This document shows, in pieces, positions 13,412 through 27,692 of a DNA stretch of 64,000 nucleotides (position 1 is its first letter; each line of letters starts with the position of its first letter). The stretch is taken from assembly GCA_024704765.1 (NCBI GenBank), contig JAKMXF010000309.1, forward strand, positions 359,724-423,723, in the 5' to 3' direction. The translations under genes and the position numbers were made by a program. The DNA is from Oopsacas minuta. Its lineage: Eukaryota; Animalia; Porifera. The notes under the pieces are model-generated. The model was not told the origin of the DNA. It saw only the letters and a program-made list of their open reading frames with translations, and did not search any database.

Positions 13412-13820
13412 ATTTCTAGCTTATTACAATGGATACCGGTTAGTAGAACAACCTTGGGAGTAGCAGTATATGTTCTTAAAACCGGCATCTACTGTATTAG
13501 TAAATGTATTTATTGTCGCTGTACAAAATAATTTGTACTTTTGACGTATGTGTATAAACATAACAATAACATCAACAACAACATGAGTAATAAGGAGCTA
13601 ACCAATCTGCAAATATATACAAATGTAAAATTTAGAAAAGAACTAAAAGTAATATTGCAGGGAATATTCATTAAATTCTGGTTAGCTTCTATTGTGAGTG
13701 GTGGTTGATGGGAGAAGGGGAGTACTACGTCATTCAAAAGGGAAGTAGCATTTGCAGGCTGTAAATAGCCGAATAATAATAAGCCAATCAAGTGAATCGA
13801 TTGCGCGGTTTTTAGTACGT

Positions 13821-16800
13821 TTAAATTTGCTTTGTGTTTAACCATCTAACTTGATGGTATAGATTGCATAGTGTGTATAAGTGTAGAGGTAATGCACTAA
13901 CTCTCCCTCCAGTCTCTGGACTAAGAACTAGCCAGGATAAAGCGTCGAATCGTTCTAGAATTTTCTTTAAACTTTCCTCGTAACTGAGGTGTTTTGATCG
14001 AGCTTCTTCGCCAATGTCTAAGTAGAACTCTCCATGTAATTGTGCACGGAAAAAAGCATTTCTCTCTCTCTTTTCTCCCCAGAACGCGGCTGGTAATGGT
14101 CCAGGTTCTGCGGAAGATAACACATACCCGACAGCATGGTAGTTATCAACAGCATCTGCTAGAGCCCCCGGGGTAGGCAGACCTAGACCATCTATACCAT
14201 CCATCTCTCTGAAGATATTCATTTCATCAACTCCCTCATCAGCTGATTGTAGCTGACCACCTGCAGGCATTTCACTGAAGAATACAATGTTATCTTTTAG
14301 ATCTGAATCATCCATCTGTGTGTATGTATCCATGTAGTTGGGACCAGGCTGTACTAGTATGTATGTGCTTGTGTTTGAATGGGTATCTGTACGTGAAGAG
14401 TTATCTATAAGATTTGTATTAGATTTTCAGGTCCTTACATATTTACCTATTCAAATTATGTTGCTTCGGGCATGCCAGATCCTGGGACTTCCCGCACCCC
14501 CGAGTTCAAAGTTCATGATAAGATCCTTTGAATAATAAAATTACTCACCATTAAGTAATACTCTAAAATTCTTTTCTGGCTGGAATGACAATACATGTAC
14601 AGACTGTATAGAAGGCATATGAGTATTACATTTACAAGTACATGACGTACAACCTTTGGTTAGCTCTGTCTGAGCAGAATCTAAGTCACGGACTATTCTT
14701 TTTAAGTCTCTTAACTCTTCATTAGATGGTCTACCTAATCTGGTTATAACAACATGCCAGGTTAATACAGTCTGACTTAGAAGAGATAGGATATATCTCC
14801 ACATATCTCTAAGAGCTAAATCTCTAGTGACGTAACCATCAGGTTTACCAGGATATCTCAGACCTAGAACAGCTGAGTCTAGAAGAGAGCCCTGTGAGTC
14901 ACAGCACGCTACCAGGAGGTAGGAGTTCCCTGTCGATACGCAGTAGCCGCAGAATAGAGTGTTTGTGTTCTTTTGACCTAAAACAAATGGTGTATACATA
15001 CAGTTATATCTAACACGGGTATATCGAAGTAATTATTTCGGTCCCTTAAGATTAGATATGATGGGAGTTAACTGTAGTTACACAAACCTAATTCAAAGTC
15101 AGATCGATTGAAATCAGTCTTATTGCTAGGAGGAAGGGACTTCTTATTAGGAAGTACAGGATCAGGTCGCATAACAAAATGCTTAGCTAGAATATACGGG
15201 GGCCTGTACATCCCTACTGTAAGGGGAGGTATAGAAGGCTGTGGGGATTTATCTGGATACAGCTTTTCTCTCCAGTCATCCATATCCTCTACGAAGCTCA
15301 TTCCTCTACTGGGTTTCGAGGATTTGGAGAAGTATCTAATAAACAAACAAATGAACAAGCAAGTAAACAAACAAATGAACTAGCAAACAAACAAATTACC
15401 TGCATTTAGAGAATACATCTAAGCAAATAGCTCTCAAATTCTGTGAAGATATTCTCCTTTGAGTAATTACGTCTTGAGCTGGTATAACATACAGAACTAA
15501 TCTTCTAGATAGCTCTTGACTTAGTGGATGCTAGAGGGATTAATCATATGATTAATTACTGTAAGATAGCGGTCCACAACCTTGGACCCCCTTATGCAAC
15601 TGTATCCCAGGTTGGGAACTGCTGCTGTAAGGTCAGGTATAACTATGCAATATATGTACCTAGTGTTTTAACATATGTACATCTATGGCATAGTTATACT
15701 TACTTCAACAAGAGCCTCAGCAAAGACTCTCATGATATCTATTTGCTGGTGAGTAGCTCCTGTATTAAGAATATATAAGACAAGACTAGGAGAGCTCTCT
15801 CCCTCTGATATCGAGGTATTTGTGTATAAGCTGTGCTGAAGGAGAGAGCTATGGAATATATCTGGATCTCTACGTTGCTTATCGTGTGGTGACATCATAG
15901 AAGATAACTGTGTTAGTATGACAGATGTTAATAGGTTCTTTATGTTTGATAGGCTGTCTACGTCTAGATATAGTGATGACGTATGTGCAGGTGTATATGT
16001 GTATATACCGTCTGTACGTGAGTTAGTGTGTGTTACTGGACGATGTCTACCTAGCTCTGAGTCTTGATAGACAAGTGACAGTTGTTTGAAGTAGTGACAT
16101 ACCTGTTTATGACATCAATAAACAAACAAACAAACAAACAAACAAATAAACACTTACTCTATTCTCTATCTTCTCACCAGTAGGAGAAACAACAATAAAA
16201 TGTACATCCTCTCTCGGTGCGTATGGATATAAAGATAGCTTATCCCAGTTAATGACGTCATACGGTGCTATTTCTATCCAATCAGACTCTTGTCCTATTA
16301 ACAAGGTAGGTACAGGTACTGCCTGGGGGGTAGCGGGGCTGTGATGACGTGTATCAGAGCTCTGTACAGGAGATAGGATCTGGAATAACTCACTCCATGT
16401 GAGAGGTGAGATAGATCGCTTTAGCATGGATTTTGGTAAGGAGGAATGGAATTTTCTTATCAGTTTAGCTGTTCTGTTATCAGAGCTCTGTTGTAGTGTA
16501 GTTAACCATGAGCCATCATTATCGATATCTAATTGATAAATAACTTATTTCATAGCCATCTAAGCATGCGGGCGGGAGGGAGGCATTTTCATTAGCTTTA
16601 TTTTGTGGACGTTATCAGAATACAAAGTGGCCCCATTCAAAGGATTTCAAAGACTCTACTTCGGGCGGTGGAGCTGAAACAATTTCCAACTCAATACATT
16701 CCATATCCGTTGCCATAGAAACATAAGAGGTGGTCTTATACCTATAACTTACCCAGAGAGAAATCTAGCTCTATCATACTTATAGGATCTTCCTCATCAT

Positions 16801-19800
16801 CCTGTTGTCCATCATCTGAATCAAGATTCTGACTAGCTTCCCCTTCTGTCTCTGTTTGACTAGCATTTACTGTATTATCCGTATTTATACCAGGAGATGA
16901 GCACTCCTGCTTTATATTTATATCCGTAACAGCTGTTATATCCATTATAGTATCATCCTCATCAATATTATCCGCATATAATCTACAGCACTCTCTCAAG
17001 GTGTTAGCTAGTGTGCCCCGTTCGTATAGATCTATAACACCATCAGGTTGTGTTATACAGGTGATAGAATTTTTGTGTGTTATTTGAGGGGGACTAGTAG
17101 ATAGACAGTGTCTTTGAATAAGCTCTAAGGTCATTGAGAGTGCGCGTGGATGCACGATGGGTACAGATGTACTCTCAATCGTCAGAGGCTCATGTGTGAT
17201 ACGCTTTGGGGCGAATTGAATGCGAAGTTCATCAGTATTCCCGACTTGATTCCAACCGGTATCAGCATGATGTGGTAATACCAATTGATCATACGTATGG
17301 AAGTAGTGTACAGGGAAATTGCCCACTAGTCTGTCTTCGGAGAACTCTAGTGTGTGTAGGGAGTGATCTCTAGAGGTTCCATAGCTGAGGAGGTTGTCTA
17401 GAGATAGTGAGAGCTCGTCTGGTGGAGCGTATGAGGAAGGAGGGAATGTGAAGTGATTAGGCTGACTAGTGTGTGCTGTTAATGGTGTAGGGAAGGGTGT
17501 TGTAGGGATCTGTTCTGGAAATGTTTGTTGTGGATCTAGAAACAAATTCACAGGAGATGTCGGTTATAAGAACACCCTTGAGAGTAGCAATACATGTTCT
17601 TATAACAGGAATATATGAGAACCGTTTTCTATAGGATGGTGCTTATATCCGGTATCTACGGCATCATACCTAATAGCATAATATTCAGTAGCAGAGCATG
17701 TGTCTCTGGATATTCAGTCTTAGGGGGTGTCTCTAGTTGTGTATCTGTGTTAGGAAGTTTTCTTAGAGTTTCTAATACAAATAATTGTTATATTAAAATA
17801 TTCAATTCAGAAGTTCCCCGTTTATAGAAGATACACTGTACCAATATTTACCTGATATTTCCTTCTTAATACTATTACTATCAGATACAGATTTAGTTAA
17901 TATAGTTACTGTACTGGGGGTATTGGGTAGATAGCTTGTATCCATTGAGCCAGTAGTCTCTATAAGACCTCTAGATGATGATATACTCCTACAGGAATAT
18001 AGTAATTATAGCTATGAGCTAGTGGGATATATCGTATAAGATATATACCTGACGTCATCAATATTAGTTATGATATTGTCGGTAGTACTAACGTCTCTAC
18101 ACAGAGATAGCTTATGTCTATTATTAGTTATAGGAGTTTCTTGGTAGCTAAGCTTGTATTCTCCTAGTCCTTTGTGTTTGTGATATTCTAATCCATAGCT
18201 ATATGAAGATATAATTATTGTAAAAATATGTCCTAACCGAGATGATCTTACAACACAGTTGTATACGTACTTGGGAGAAAATGAGTCTGGCACAAGTTCG
18301 AATATCTCCAGTGCATTAGGTGGTTTAGCTTTAGGAGACTGTCCGTTCTTTCCAATAGAAGGAGGGGTTAGTATAGAGTGTGACTCTTCTAGCAAGAGAG
18401 GGTTAGATGTCTTGGTGTAGTGATTTGATATGTTTTTATTTCCATCTACATCTCGCTAATAGAACATATAGTCAATGGAAATAACGTTATATTTAGCAAC
18501 TACAGTATACAGCGTAACCTCCAATAACGGGGTGCCAGGGACGCTGCTACCCCGTTTCCCCGTTTGTAGAGATATTCCTATTTACTTACACTCATTAATG
18601 AATCTATAGGTATAGAATCTTCATCATCTGTCTCAAATATCTGATCAGGCATTTGGTTCTTATAAGTAGCATGAGTAGAGGTAGGAGGGAATACAGGGTG
18701 CTTAGGTTGTCCTTGTGAGAGAGGCTGCTGGGGTGTCGTCTCTGTAGAGGGGGAGGATATACCCCCGTGTGTATAAGGACCTGGTGTAAACACTAATGAA
18801 GGTTCCTAGCAAAATATAAACAACTAATATAATATCAGTTTTGATCAATAAATATAATGAATATTTTAGTGTTGCGAGACCATGGACAAAGTTCATAGAA
18901 TTTGGTTTCGTGGTCACAACATACAGTAACACTCTAATATCTATAGTTAATATACCGGCATATTAAATTGAGTATTTAAAGTAGTAGGAGTAGGTACTAG
19001 TACATCTAATACAGGAGCTCTGACGTCACTAATATCGTTACAGTGTAGCTGTTCTGGAGGTGGCATGTTGAATGCTGAGCAGTTAGATTGAGTACTAGTA
19101 GGGGTATAGACAGGAGGACCCATCTCCTTGTCTGTGATGGTGAGATCCATTGGTTTGTCCTCTCGGCCTGTTGGTGTTTGCTGCTTCTTAGCTTCTGACT
19201 TAGAAAGACGCTTCTTACGAGTAGTAGGAGTTCTGCTGGTTGAACTCTTCTCAGAACGTGTTCTGCTACGACCTGTGTCATAACGAGTAAAATGGACGTG
19301 GATAAGTGCAGAAATACGAATGACTGTCTCTCTACAAACCTTTCTTATTCTTGACTGCTTGAGTCTTACCGATGGGTCCTAATCTGCCCCCATACATACC
19401 CCCCGGGTGTTGTAACCCTCCGTAACCATACTCCAGTATACAGTCCTGTGTAGAGTACAGACTCTCTAGAGATGACAGGGAGTCTGGGAGAGTATAGTTA
19501 AACCACAAAACAGTAGAATTGCTCTTAGATTTTGTTGCTTTTAGTTTTGCTTCTTGCGCTAATCTCCATGCTGTGTTATCTTCCTGCTAGAGAAAGTACG
19601 TGACATAACAAAGGATTATTTCTCATAAAATTAACTTATACTACAGTATGTACCATGGATTCCTGCTTTAAAATCTTGAGAGTCTTAGGAGGTCTTGGCA
19701 TAGTAGAATTAGACTTCTTTCTACCAGGATACGTTCCATCAGCACCTGTATTACTCTGTGTAGGTGTAGATGTAAGATCCATTATATCAGATGACGTCAC

Positions 19801-21570
19801 TCGCATAAACTGTGGACTTGGAGCAGCTGGCGCTAGACTGAGTCTTCTATCTTGTGTGACGTAGGAGGGTGTGTCTGTCCCAGATGAGATGGAGGCTATC
19901 CTAAAGGTGTGAGGTTTATATAAATATCATAGCAACATAACTACCAGAATGGAATTTACCTGAAATCTAAATTACGTTTATTCCATGGTAGAATCTCACT
20001 GCTACTATTCTGCATATCCAAGTTATATACTCCATCTATTATATCCTTCACTGATAGATTGTGGTGTGAAATTTCGCGAGTTTCTCGTCTCTGAGTGCGG
20101 GCATGCTCCTGTGATGAGTAAGACAAGAGGAATTGAGTAGGATACTTCATACACACACCTGCAATCACAACCTCCAGGAGAGGGGGTGATACAGGAGTTA
20201 TAAACATGTTAGGGTATACTAGTTTCCATTCTGAGAGAAGGTCAAGCGATCCTAAATATAATCCATGGTGGTATAACACAAATCATTTCCATATAAGTTA
20301 CAGTCAACTTCTATTATATCGAAGCTCAATGGACCGCGATAATTAATTCGATATAAGCGGGTAGTTCGAAAATTCGTGTTCGTAACGGGAGTTGGCTATA
20401 TATTCATATAACTATTTCTGTCGTATCAATTACCTTGTGTCTCCTCTGTATAAGCTCTACCTGTCAGCTGTCCAGACAATCCACAAGGACTCAATACAAC
20501 CTTCCTCCCCTTCAAACTATCAACATTACTCAATTCTTCACTAGATAATAATCTCAAACAAGATGATACCTCCATTACTGATACAGTAGCACACACCCAA
20601 TAGCTACTCTCCTGATTGAAGTAATTGAGTCTGTATATGTATATAGAGTGTGTAGAAGGATCAGATCTAGCAAACCATGTACCTAGTGTAATATAACCAT
20701 CAGAGTGTAACATTCTTTCTATTAGATTTTGTATAGCTAGGTCAAGTAGTTTCTTTACTTCTTCTGTTAAGCCGTCATCTGCATCACCAGTACCTATAAT
20801 AGTAGTGTACAGAATATATCATATGTTAGAAGTTCTCAAACTGATGTTTACAGACAACTTGTGCCATCCATGGTACCTGTTAGTGAAGTTTACATTGTAT
20901 AGAGAGTCAGCGGGCCAAAAAGGGTTGGGACTACTGCCTATCACATGTATAAGAGCTTCCTCATAATAAATTCCCTAATAATATTACACAAATAACACAC
21001 CTTCAGCTGTCAGAGAAGACTCTATCTTACTAGCTACATCAATATTCTCTTGATTAAACGAGAATACTACCAGACGTGTAGCATTTTGTAGAGGTCCGTC
21101 CATAGTTCTGAATTGAAATGCATGATAGCAACAAGCTAGACCAGCTGATAGACAGCGGGAGAAACTGATAAGGACACCACTCTCTCCGGGGAGGGATGAG
21201 CCCAGGGGTTTACCTCTGTAGTTATGCCACTTCAAACCAGACTACAGGATAATTGATAATTTACATATTTATCATTAGTCAATAGTTATCAAATACAGGA
21301 GAGGGGTTATAAGACTATATGCATACTTGCCTAACCTCCCCCGGGGTTACACAAGAGGTCACACTTTGCACCCCCCTCCCCTCCCCTCCCCTTGGTAGCG
21401 TTACGTAACGTTTGAACGGCCTCGTACAGCTGTACCTTTATCTCCACAAGCTTGAGTACATTCATTTGAGAATCCATTAGTGTTCTAGCCGGTGATTGAC
21501 AAGCCTGTAGATAGTAAGGGAGGGAGGAATTATGAGAGCTAGAGGTTGTGTGCGAGATGGTTGTATTCAT
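13821..21570 (-). CDS. MED13: Mediator CDK8-module subunit 13, many exons
   Basis: N-terminal TLMDSQMNVLKL/GLKW, VVLSPCGLSGQLTG; C-terminal GYVLSSAEPGPLPAAFW and LERFDALSWL..SALPLH; start and several internal boundaries approximate. Confidence 0.88.
14999..15076. mobile_element. MITE family A, internally deleted
   Basis: TACAGTTA..GGGAGTTAACTGTA; in a MED13 intron. Confidence 0.7.
15567..15624. mobile_element. Minimal hAT-like MITE (family C) with 8-bp TSD
   Basis: TIR pair; flanks CTGTAAGA/CTGTAAGG (7/8 identical). Confidence 0.8.
16560..16730. repeat. Dispersed repeat family F carrying an X-box-like motif
   Basis: ATACATTCCATATCCGTTGCCATRGAAACATAAGAG shared with 6478-6515 and, inverted, 9549-9583. 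Confidence 0.8.
20299..20400. mobile_element. MITE family A
   Basis: TACAGTCAACTT..ATATCGAAGCTCAATGGACCGCGATAA..AACGGGAGTTGGCTATA. Confidence 0.85.
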
Positions 21571-22317
21571 GATGACAATACTAACTTCTTATACATAGAC
21601 ACTAATCTCTAAATTCTTACAAATACATACAAAGTACTAATATACGTACGTAGAAGCCATTATACATAATTATTTGTATTTTATTTAACTTTTTGCAGAA
21701 ACAAATTGTTACTGCAATGAGTGACATAACCGAATACTTATATTTGTAGTTGTTTGCTAGCTTGTTTCATTTGATAGGGCTTGAAGTGTAATGCAATCGT
21801 TTAGTTATACGAGGTAGTATGTCAGTGTTGGTTAGTGAAGGAATTTGATTCGTTTTACCATCCATGGTCTATACATTATTAACACTAGAATTCTGAAATT
21901 GCTGCTACCTCTATCTAAATTGACATAAATACAGTCTCCGCCTCTAAACCTGGGCGGAGTCTGGACCTCCAGGCTTCCAAACTTGTCGCCTATGTCACAG
22001 ACCCCCCCCTATAATTATGAAGTTTTGTAGCAGCTAGCATACCAGCATATAGTTTAACTCTCCAGCAATCAAACATTTAACAATTTGTCATAGAATTGGC
22101 AATTTTAATAATTCGCTTACTCTTTCACTTGATTATGCAAATCCCATAAACTATCTTAAGCCCTCAATAAATATATAATAAAATACTATAACACATTTCT
22201 AATAAATAAATATTTGTATAATTAGCATAAACACTGAGGAAGAGTATAAAATCAAAGAATACATTTTCTAATGTAATTAAGGGAGATGAAGAGCATAAAA
22301 AGTAATTATTGAATTAA

Positions 22318-25300
22318 TTAACAACAGCGAAATATCTTCCTTCTGGGAACACAGAACACGCAAAATGCTATTACCATGAACCCGAAGTTACCTACTGCAC
22401 ATAGAATCGCTACTACAGCTAATGCTAGGATTATATATGCTTTGTCGTTCTGACATACATCTGTTGAGGTTAGGCTTTGAGCACCTGGGACAGTCTCTAC
22501 CTCGATGTAGTTGAAGAAAGCATTGGTTTTCTCTGTTGTACATTGAGCGTCTGAACATTCATGTTGTATATTGTGGTGTATAGATACAGTGTATAGTCCT
22601 GGTGTCTCTATTAAATGGGAATAGTTCAATTCGAGGGTAGCACACCCTCCGGCAGTTGTATTAGTAGCTAGATTCTTTGGATTCTGAGTTCCAGGACTCA
22701 GTTGTGTTAGAGTGACGTAGGTTTCTGCTACCTGGAGGCCCTGACAGGCTAGAGTAGACTAGAGAGAGATAAATGAAATACAGTGTAGCCTCCACAAACA
22801 CCGAAAATTATGCCTGTTTTGCCAATTCCCCTTTATTTGTATGTAGCTTACACTGTATTCTGCGGAATATAACTTACTTGACATGTTATAGTATTGAGAA
22901 ATGAATCTATCATAACTCTATCCACACGACAATCTAAACAGCTAAAGTTTGAGCTGACTGGAGAGAATACTCTAAGAATGACGTCATCAGATTCTAAGGC
23001 TCCTATCTTGGTTCGTAGAGTAATATTGTATTCATAGATACCAGATCCTGATATAGATATTGGATAGGCTTTATTGCTTCCGGTCGTATTCACTATTCGG
23101 GTAAAAGAGGAACCGCCACAGAGAGATCTAGTGATACACAAACAAGGATCATATAAATGGGGGACAAGAACCAAAGGAGCAACTTGGAATTTCCGGGAAA
23201 CAATCATAGCGAGTTGGTAAGTACGTATAACTATAAACTAACCTATCTACAATAACTCTATATTCAATAGCATCATCAATATTAGTACATAAAGGATTCG
23301 TCCAGGTAAATTCCAATTCAGTATCGGTAAATGTATATCCCAGACCACGAGGTATAGCAGGAACACTAGTATTTACTGAAGTACTGGTATAAGTAGCTAT
23401 AGCACTAGCTCTACTGTAGCAAGGCTCTATAGCTGTTATGTATATGGTGTATTGAGTGTTGTAGCTTAGTGTGACGTTACTACAAGTGTAGGTTCTATTT
23501 CCAGTCACTGCAACACCTGATCCAATTTGTAACGAGCATGCAGAACCTATGGGATAGTTTGTTTACAAGTTTGTTTGTTTGTTTATTGTTTGCATACCTT
23601 CTATAAGATATGTAGTTTGAGAGTTAGAAATATCAGATGCATGGTCCCATGTGATAATGACGTCAGCAATATAAGAGCATTCATCTCTATCAGATTTCTT
23701 AGATAAGTCTAGCTGTATGTTTGTTGGTGCGGATACTGATTGACTGGAGAATATTTCTACAGAACTCTGTTAGATAGAAGAAATATGTTATTCATGCTTA
23801 CTAAACCGCTGTTAATAGCTTATATATAAATTACCTGTTGGGAACTATCCCCTCTAACCATTCCTGAAGCAGATACTGTCTTATTACAAGTAGTTAAGGT
23901 AATAGTAGAACCAGGAACAATTGTTATATTCGGTGACTGACAGGTGTGAGAACTGAACTCAGCGAAATCAGCTGATATTGTGAAATTATTACCAGCTGTT
24001 CTCTCTACTGATAATACCGGAGAGTATTGAGTTATAGGATTTATGAGCTTTAACCAGTAAAAACTCCCAATTGTAGATAATGAATTTGTGGTGTTGGAGG
24101 TATAAGCTTGGAATAGACAGCCAGTTATGCCACACTCCATATAGTCTATCTGGAGATTATATACATACACTCAATTCCTGTTATATCGAACAAGGATATA
24201 TTGGAATACTCGCTTATATCGAAGCTCAAGGAACCGCGATAAATATTTTGATATGACCGATGATATATATGTCACTTTTACGGTTCGGTACCATATTGTA
24301 CAATTTAAGACTTCGATAAGCGGGTATGTCAATATATCCGTACACAGGAGTTGCTGTAATGTATCAGAATAAGCTTACCACTATATTAGATCGATCTACT
24401 ACTGACTTCTGAGCTCCACCATTTATAGAATAGAGAATATCATCTGCACAAGGATTATTCTTGAATTGTTCACTACAGTTTATCTTAACAGAGGGACATA
24501 ACTCATTGCAAGCGGGGGAGTCTATACAAACAGGCTGACTACATATAGGAGGTAGAGGGATGGGAAGGGGTGCGATCTGTATGACGTCATAAGTAACATA
24601 GGAGTAAAATATAGTTCCTGGTAATGCACGTACTATAGTGTTATACGTTAGGAAGGGTTGTATTGAGAATGAGCTTATGTCAAAGAGTGTTAGGTCAATG
24701 TATAAGATATCAGCTGATAGTGCTCCAGAACCTAATTATATTAGGACACATGTCAAATCAATCACATACAACATACATAGTAGAAAACGGTTCTCATATA
24801 TTACTGTATATTTATCCCGGTTATAAGAACATGCACTGCTACTCCTAAGGGTATTCTTATAACCGAAATCTACTGTAACTGCCAATTAAATGAAATTACA
24901 TAGCTTACTATTATCACGCATCAAAATTTCGTCAGGAGATCCATCTGAGAATGATATTACTATTTTAACATTATCAGCTCCAGTACATGTCCATGATACA
25001 GTTACATTGGTAGTCATATCACCAGTAGATATTGTAACATTTCCTACTAGCATAGAACAGGTAGCGACTGGAGGGAGGCGTCTGGTGAGGTGTAGCACAG
25101 AAGATGATGCATTATTACCAGGTTTAACTGCTAGACATTCACTTGTATCTACATAGATATATTGGGTGAAAAGGCTAGGAACAGCTGTGTTTGAATAATA
25201 ACTTACTTAGATCGTAATAACACATGGGATCACCCAGACAAGAGATGTAATCAGTCATGAATACAGAGCATGTCTCTAGAGGTACTTTATATAACCCTGT

Positions 25301-27314
25301 ATACCCTCCAGCTAACAGGTAGTCTCCATTTATCTGTAGTCTGTCTAGAGAAGAGAGGTCAGGATTCATAGCGATTACGTCACTCGGTACTACCTGGATA
25401 AGTTCAATCAGCTGATCGTCTGCAGAACAGCTGAGACAGTACTTTATAATAGATCCGTTAGTGAGTGTTACGTAGATCATCTCGTAATTAGTACTGTTGA
25501 AATCAAAAGTATAGCGCTACAAGATAGACTGGTATAATACATTACATCCATGGTTAATAGTGTTGCCAGATACAGGAAACTTCATAGATTTTGGATTTGG
25601 CAGGAATTTAAACTTATGGCAAGAACATGTCATGATTTATGAACTTTGGCATCAACATTTGACTTTTGTTATGAACCTTTAACCTTTGGAGATAAGTTAA
25701 ACATATCTAGCTACACTGTACCAATTAATAATTAGAATATAGAATACATGCCTGTAGCTGAGTGAATAACGCTCCAGAATAACCGATCAATGGCTCTCCA
25801 GTCATGGGAGATATAGAAGGTGACATCAGAGTATCTACGGAATTGCATTCTTTGATTTGATCCATAACAACACGTATAGCATTTAGACTGTATTTACAGA
25901 GATAAGATGTTTGAGGTCCTTTCTCCAGTGAGGAAAATACGACATAGTACTCAAAGTCTGTACTAATATCTACATATAACCAGTCTTGGATTAGCGAGGG
26001 GAACACATTACCACAGACTAACTCTCCTTTCAGGAAGGTTTCCATTTGTGGGTGTTCTATATCTGTGTTTGCTGTTGGATTTACATTACTGGGACCTTCT
26101 AAGCAGAATCTAGCTATTCGAGAAATAGCTCTACCTGATAACTAAATAAACAAACACTCAAATAAATAAACAAACAAACAAACAAACGAAAAACAAACAA
26201 ACAAACAAACAACTGACCAGTTTAGTAGATGGTTCATAGAACATAAAGTAAATATAGTTATTAGTATTGGCCAGATAGTTATGAGCTGTCCTAGCGAAAG
26301 AAGCCACGGATAAGAACTCCAAAATATCAGGGTCATCTTCGAAATAATAGAAAGTTGTAGTGATGTATGTCAGATTAAATGGGTCTATAACTGTGATCCT
26401 GTTTCTTGGACGATTATTATAAACAGATCCAGTTACTAGTCTGGGGTTGTTACTATTGTCTAGAAGATATATAGCAAAGTTCCTCTGGTAGAGTAGGCCC
26501 GGGAGAGAGGGAGATATGTATCCAAAATCTGTATTATCGGTAGGCTAAAGAAGAATACTGTTTTCTCAGAAATTGCCCCCCTATATGTTATCAGGGAATT
26601 TAACCATGGATTGTAGATTTAGATTATCTGCTTGGAATTTGTTTTGGTTATTTTGAAGCACTCATGGCTCCATTAGAGTGAGTACCAGAAAATAAACTTA
26701 ATCCGCCATCCATGGTTATATATAGAGGAGGTTTCAATATAATTGTATATGACATCATGTATATAAGCTATAGACTTGAATGATTACAATTACTTACTTC
26801 GAAACGAGGAGGGTCTGCCTCTGCCAATAGAGTATCAGGATTCAGTGTAATACAAACTGGGTCAGTACGGTTTGTGTAACAAGTATAGAGATTGCCATCT
26901 ATATTCAAAAACACGCGGAAATAGTTATCACACGAATTCAGGTATGATGATGATGATGATGGCGGAGTACAAGATCCAGTGTAATCAACTGTATATCTAT
27001 AAGATAATAATATTACCATATATGGTCATAGAATGTAAATGTATTACTACGCACATTGTATCAATTTCTAAATCAAAATTCAGCTTTAGAAGATAGTTAG
27101 CTGAACCCACAAATATGGTATTAGAATCCCATACAAATATTTCTTGGAAATCTCGTGTTTGTATTACAGATGATGGGGTTCGAACTGTGAGGTTGGTGTC
27201 TAAGAGGAGATGTGTGTAATTAGCTCCCAGGGAGGTGGATAGACTGGAGTATGTAGTAGTAATAGCTGGGTGGGGTACCAGTAGAACCAACAAGAGACAG
27301 ATGATCAAGTGCAT
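22318..27314 (-). CDS. Transmembrane semaphorin: signal peptide, Sema, PSI, several FN3-like domains, TM, short tail
   Basis: IFVGSANYLLKL, CDNYFRVF..LYTC, YIYFMFYE, SRIARFC..TFLKGELVC (Sema); CSVFMTDYISCLGDPMC (PSI); APTNI..ITWD, YTIYITA, LEFTWTNP (FN3); hydrophobic AYIILALAVVAILCAVG..; ends RRKIFRCC*. Confidence 0.85.
24166..24358. mobile_element. MITE family A
   Basis: TIRs plus shared core; in a semaphorin intron; partial copies also at ~29085 and ~44915. Confidence 0.8.
26570..26730. mobile_element. MITE family B
   Basis: Same TIR and core; in a semaphorin intron. Confidence 0.8.
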
Positions 27315-27364
27315 TAGCTAACTAGTTATACACAAATAGATTGTAAAGAACTGTTATGATAATT

Positions 27365-27550
27365 ATGGTCCTTATATGTTTATTCGATATTCAACCATGG
27401 ATGGTGGATTTCGTGTATCTGCCTGGATGCTGTTCTAGTTATTTGAGGCACTAATCACTTGGTTGGAGAGAGGATTTGTATATAACATAAAATAAAGGAA
27501 TCCTCCACCATCCATGGTTAAATATCAAAAAGTATATTAGGGGAACATTT
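27365..27550. mobile_element. MITE family B
   Basis: Same TIR and core; upstream of the semaphorin. Confidence 0.82.
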
Positions 27551-27692
27551 TACCAATAAGACAATCGTAGAAAAAGATATAATTGCAATAAATGAAACTA
27601 AAAATAGTTATTATTGACGTAATATGTAAATAAAATTAGCAAAATAAAAACAAGAATATAAGTAAGTGAGAGTTGTCGTAGGGTGCTAGTTA

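Noticed and set aside
15343-26212. (AAAC)n/(GTTT)n runs near several intron 5' ends
   Set aside because: Ordinary short microsatellites; too few cases to claim a splicing role.
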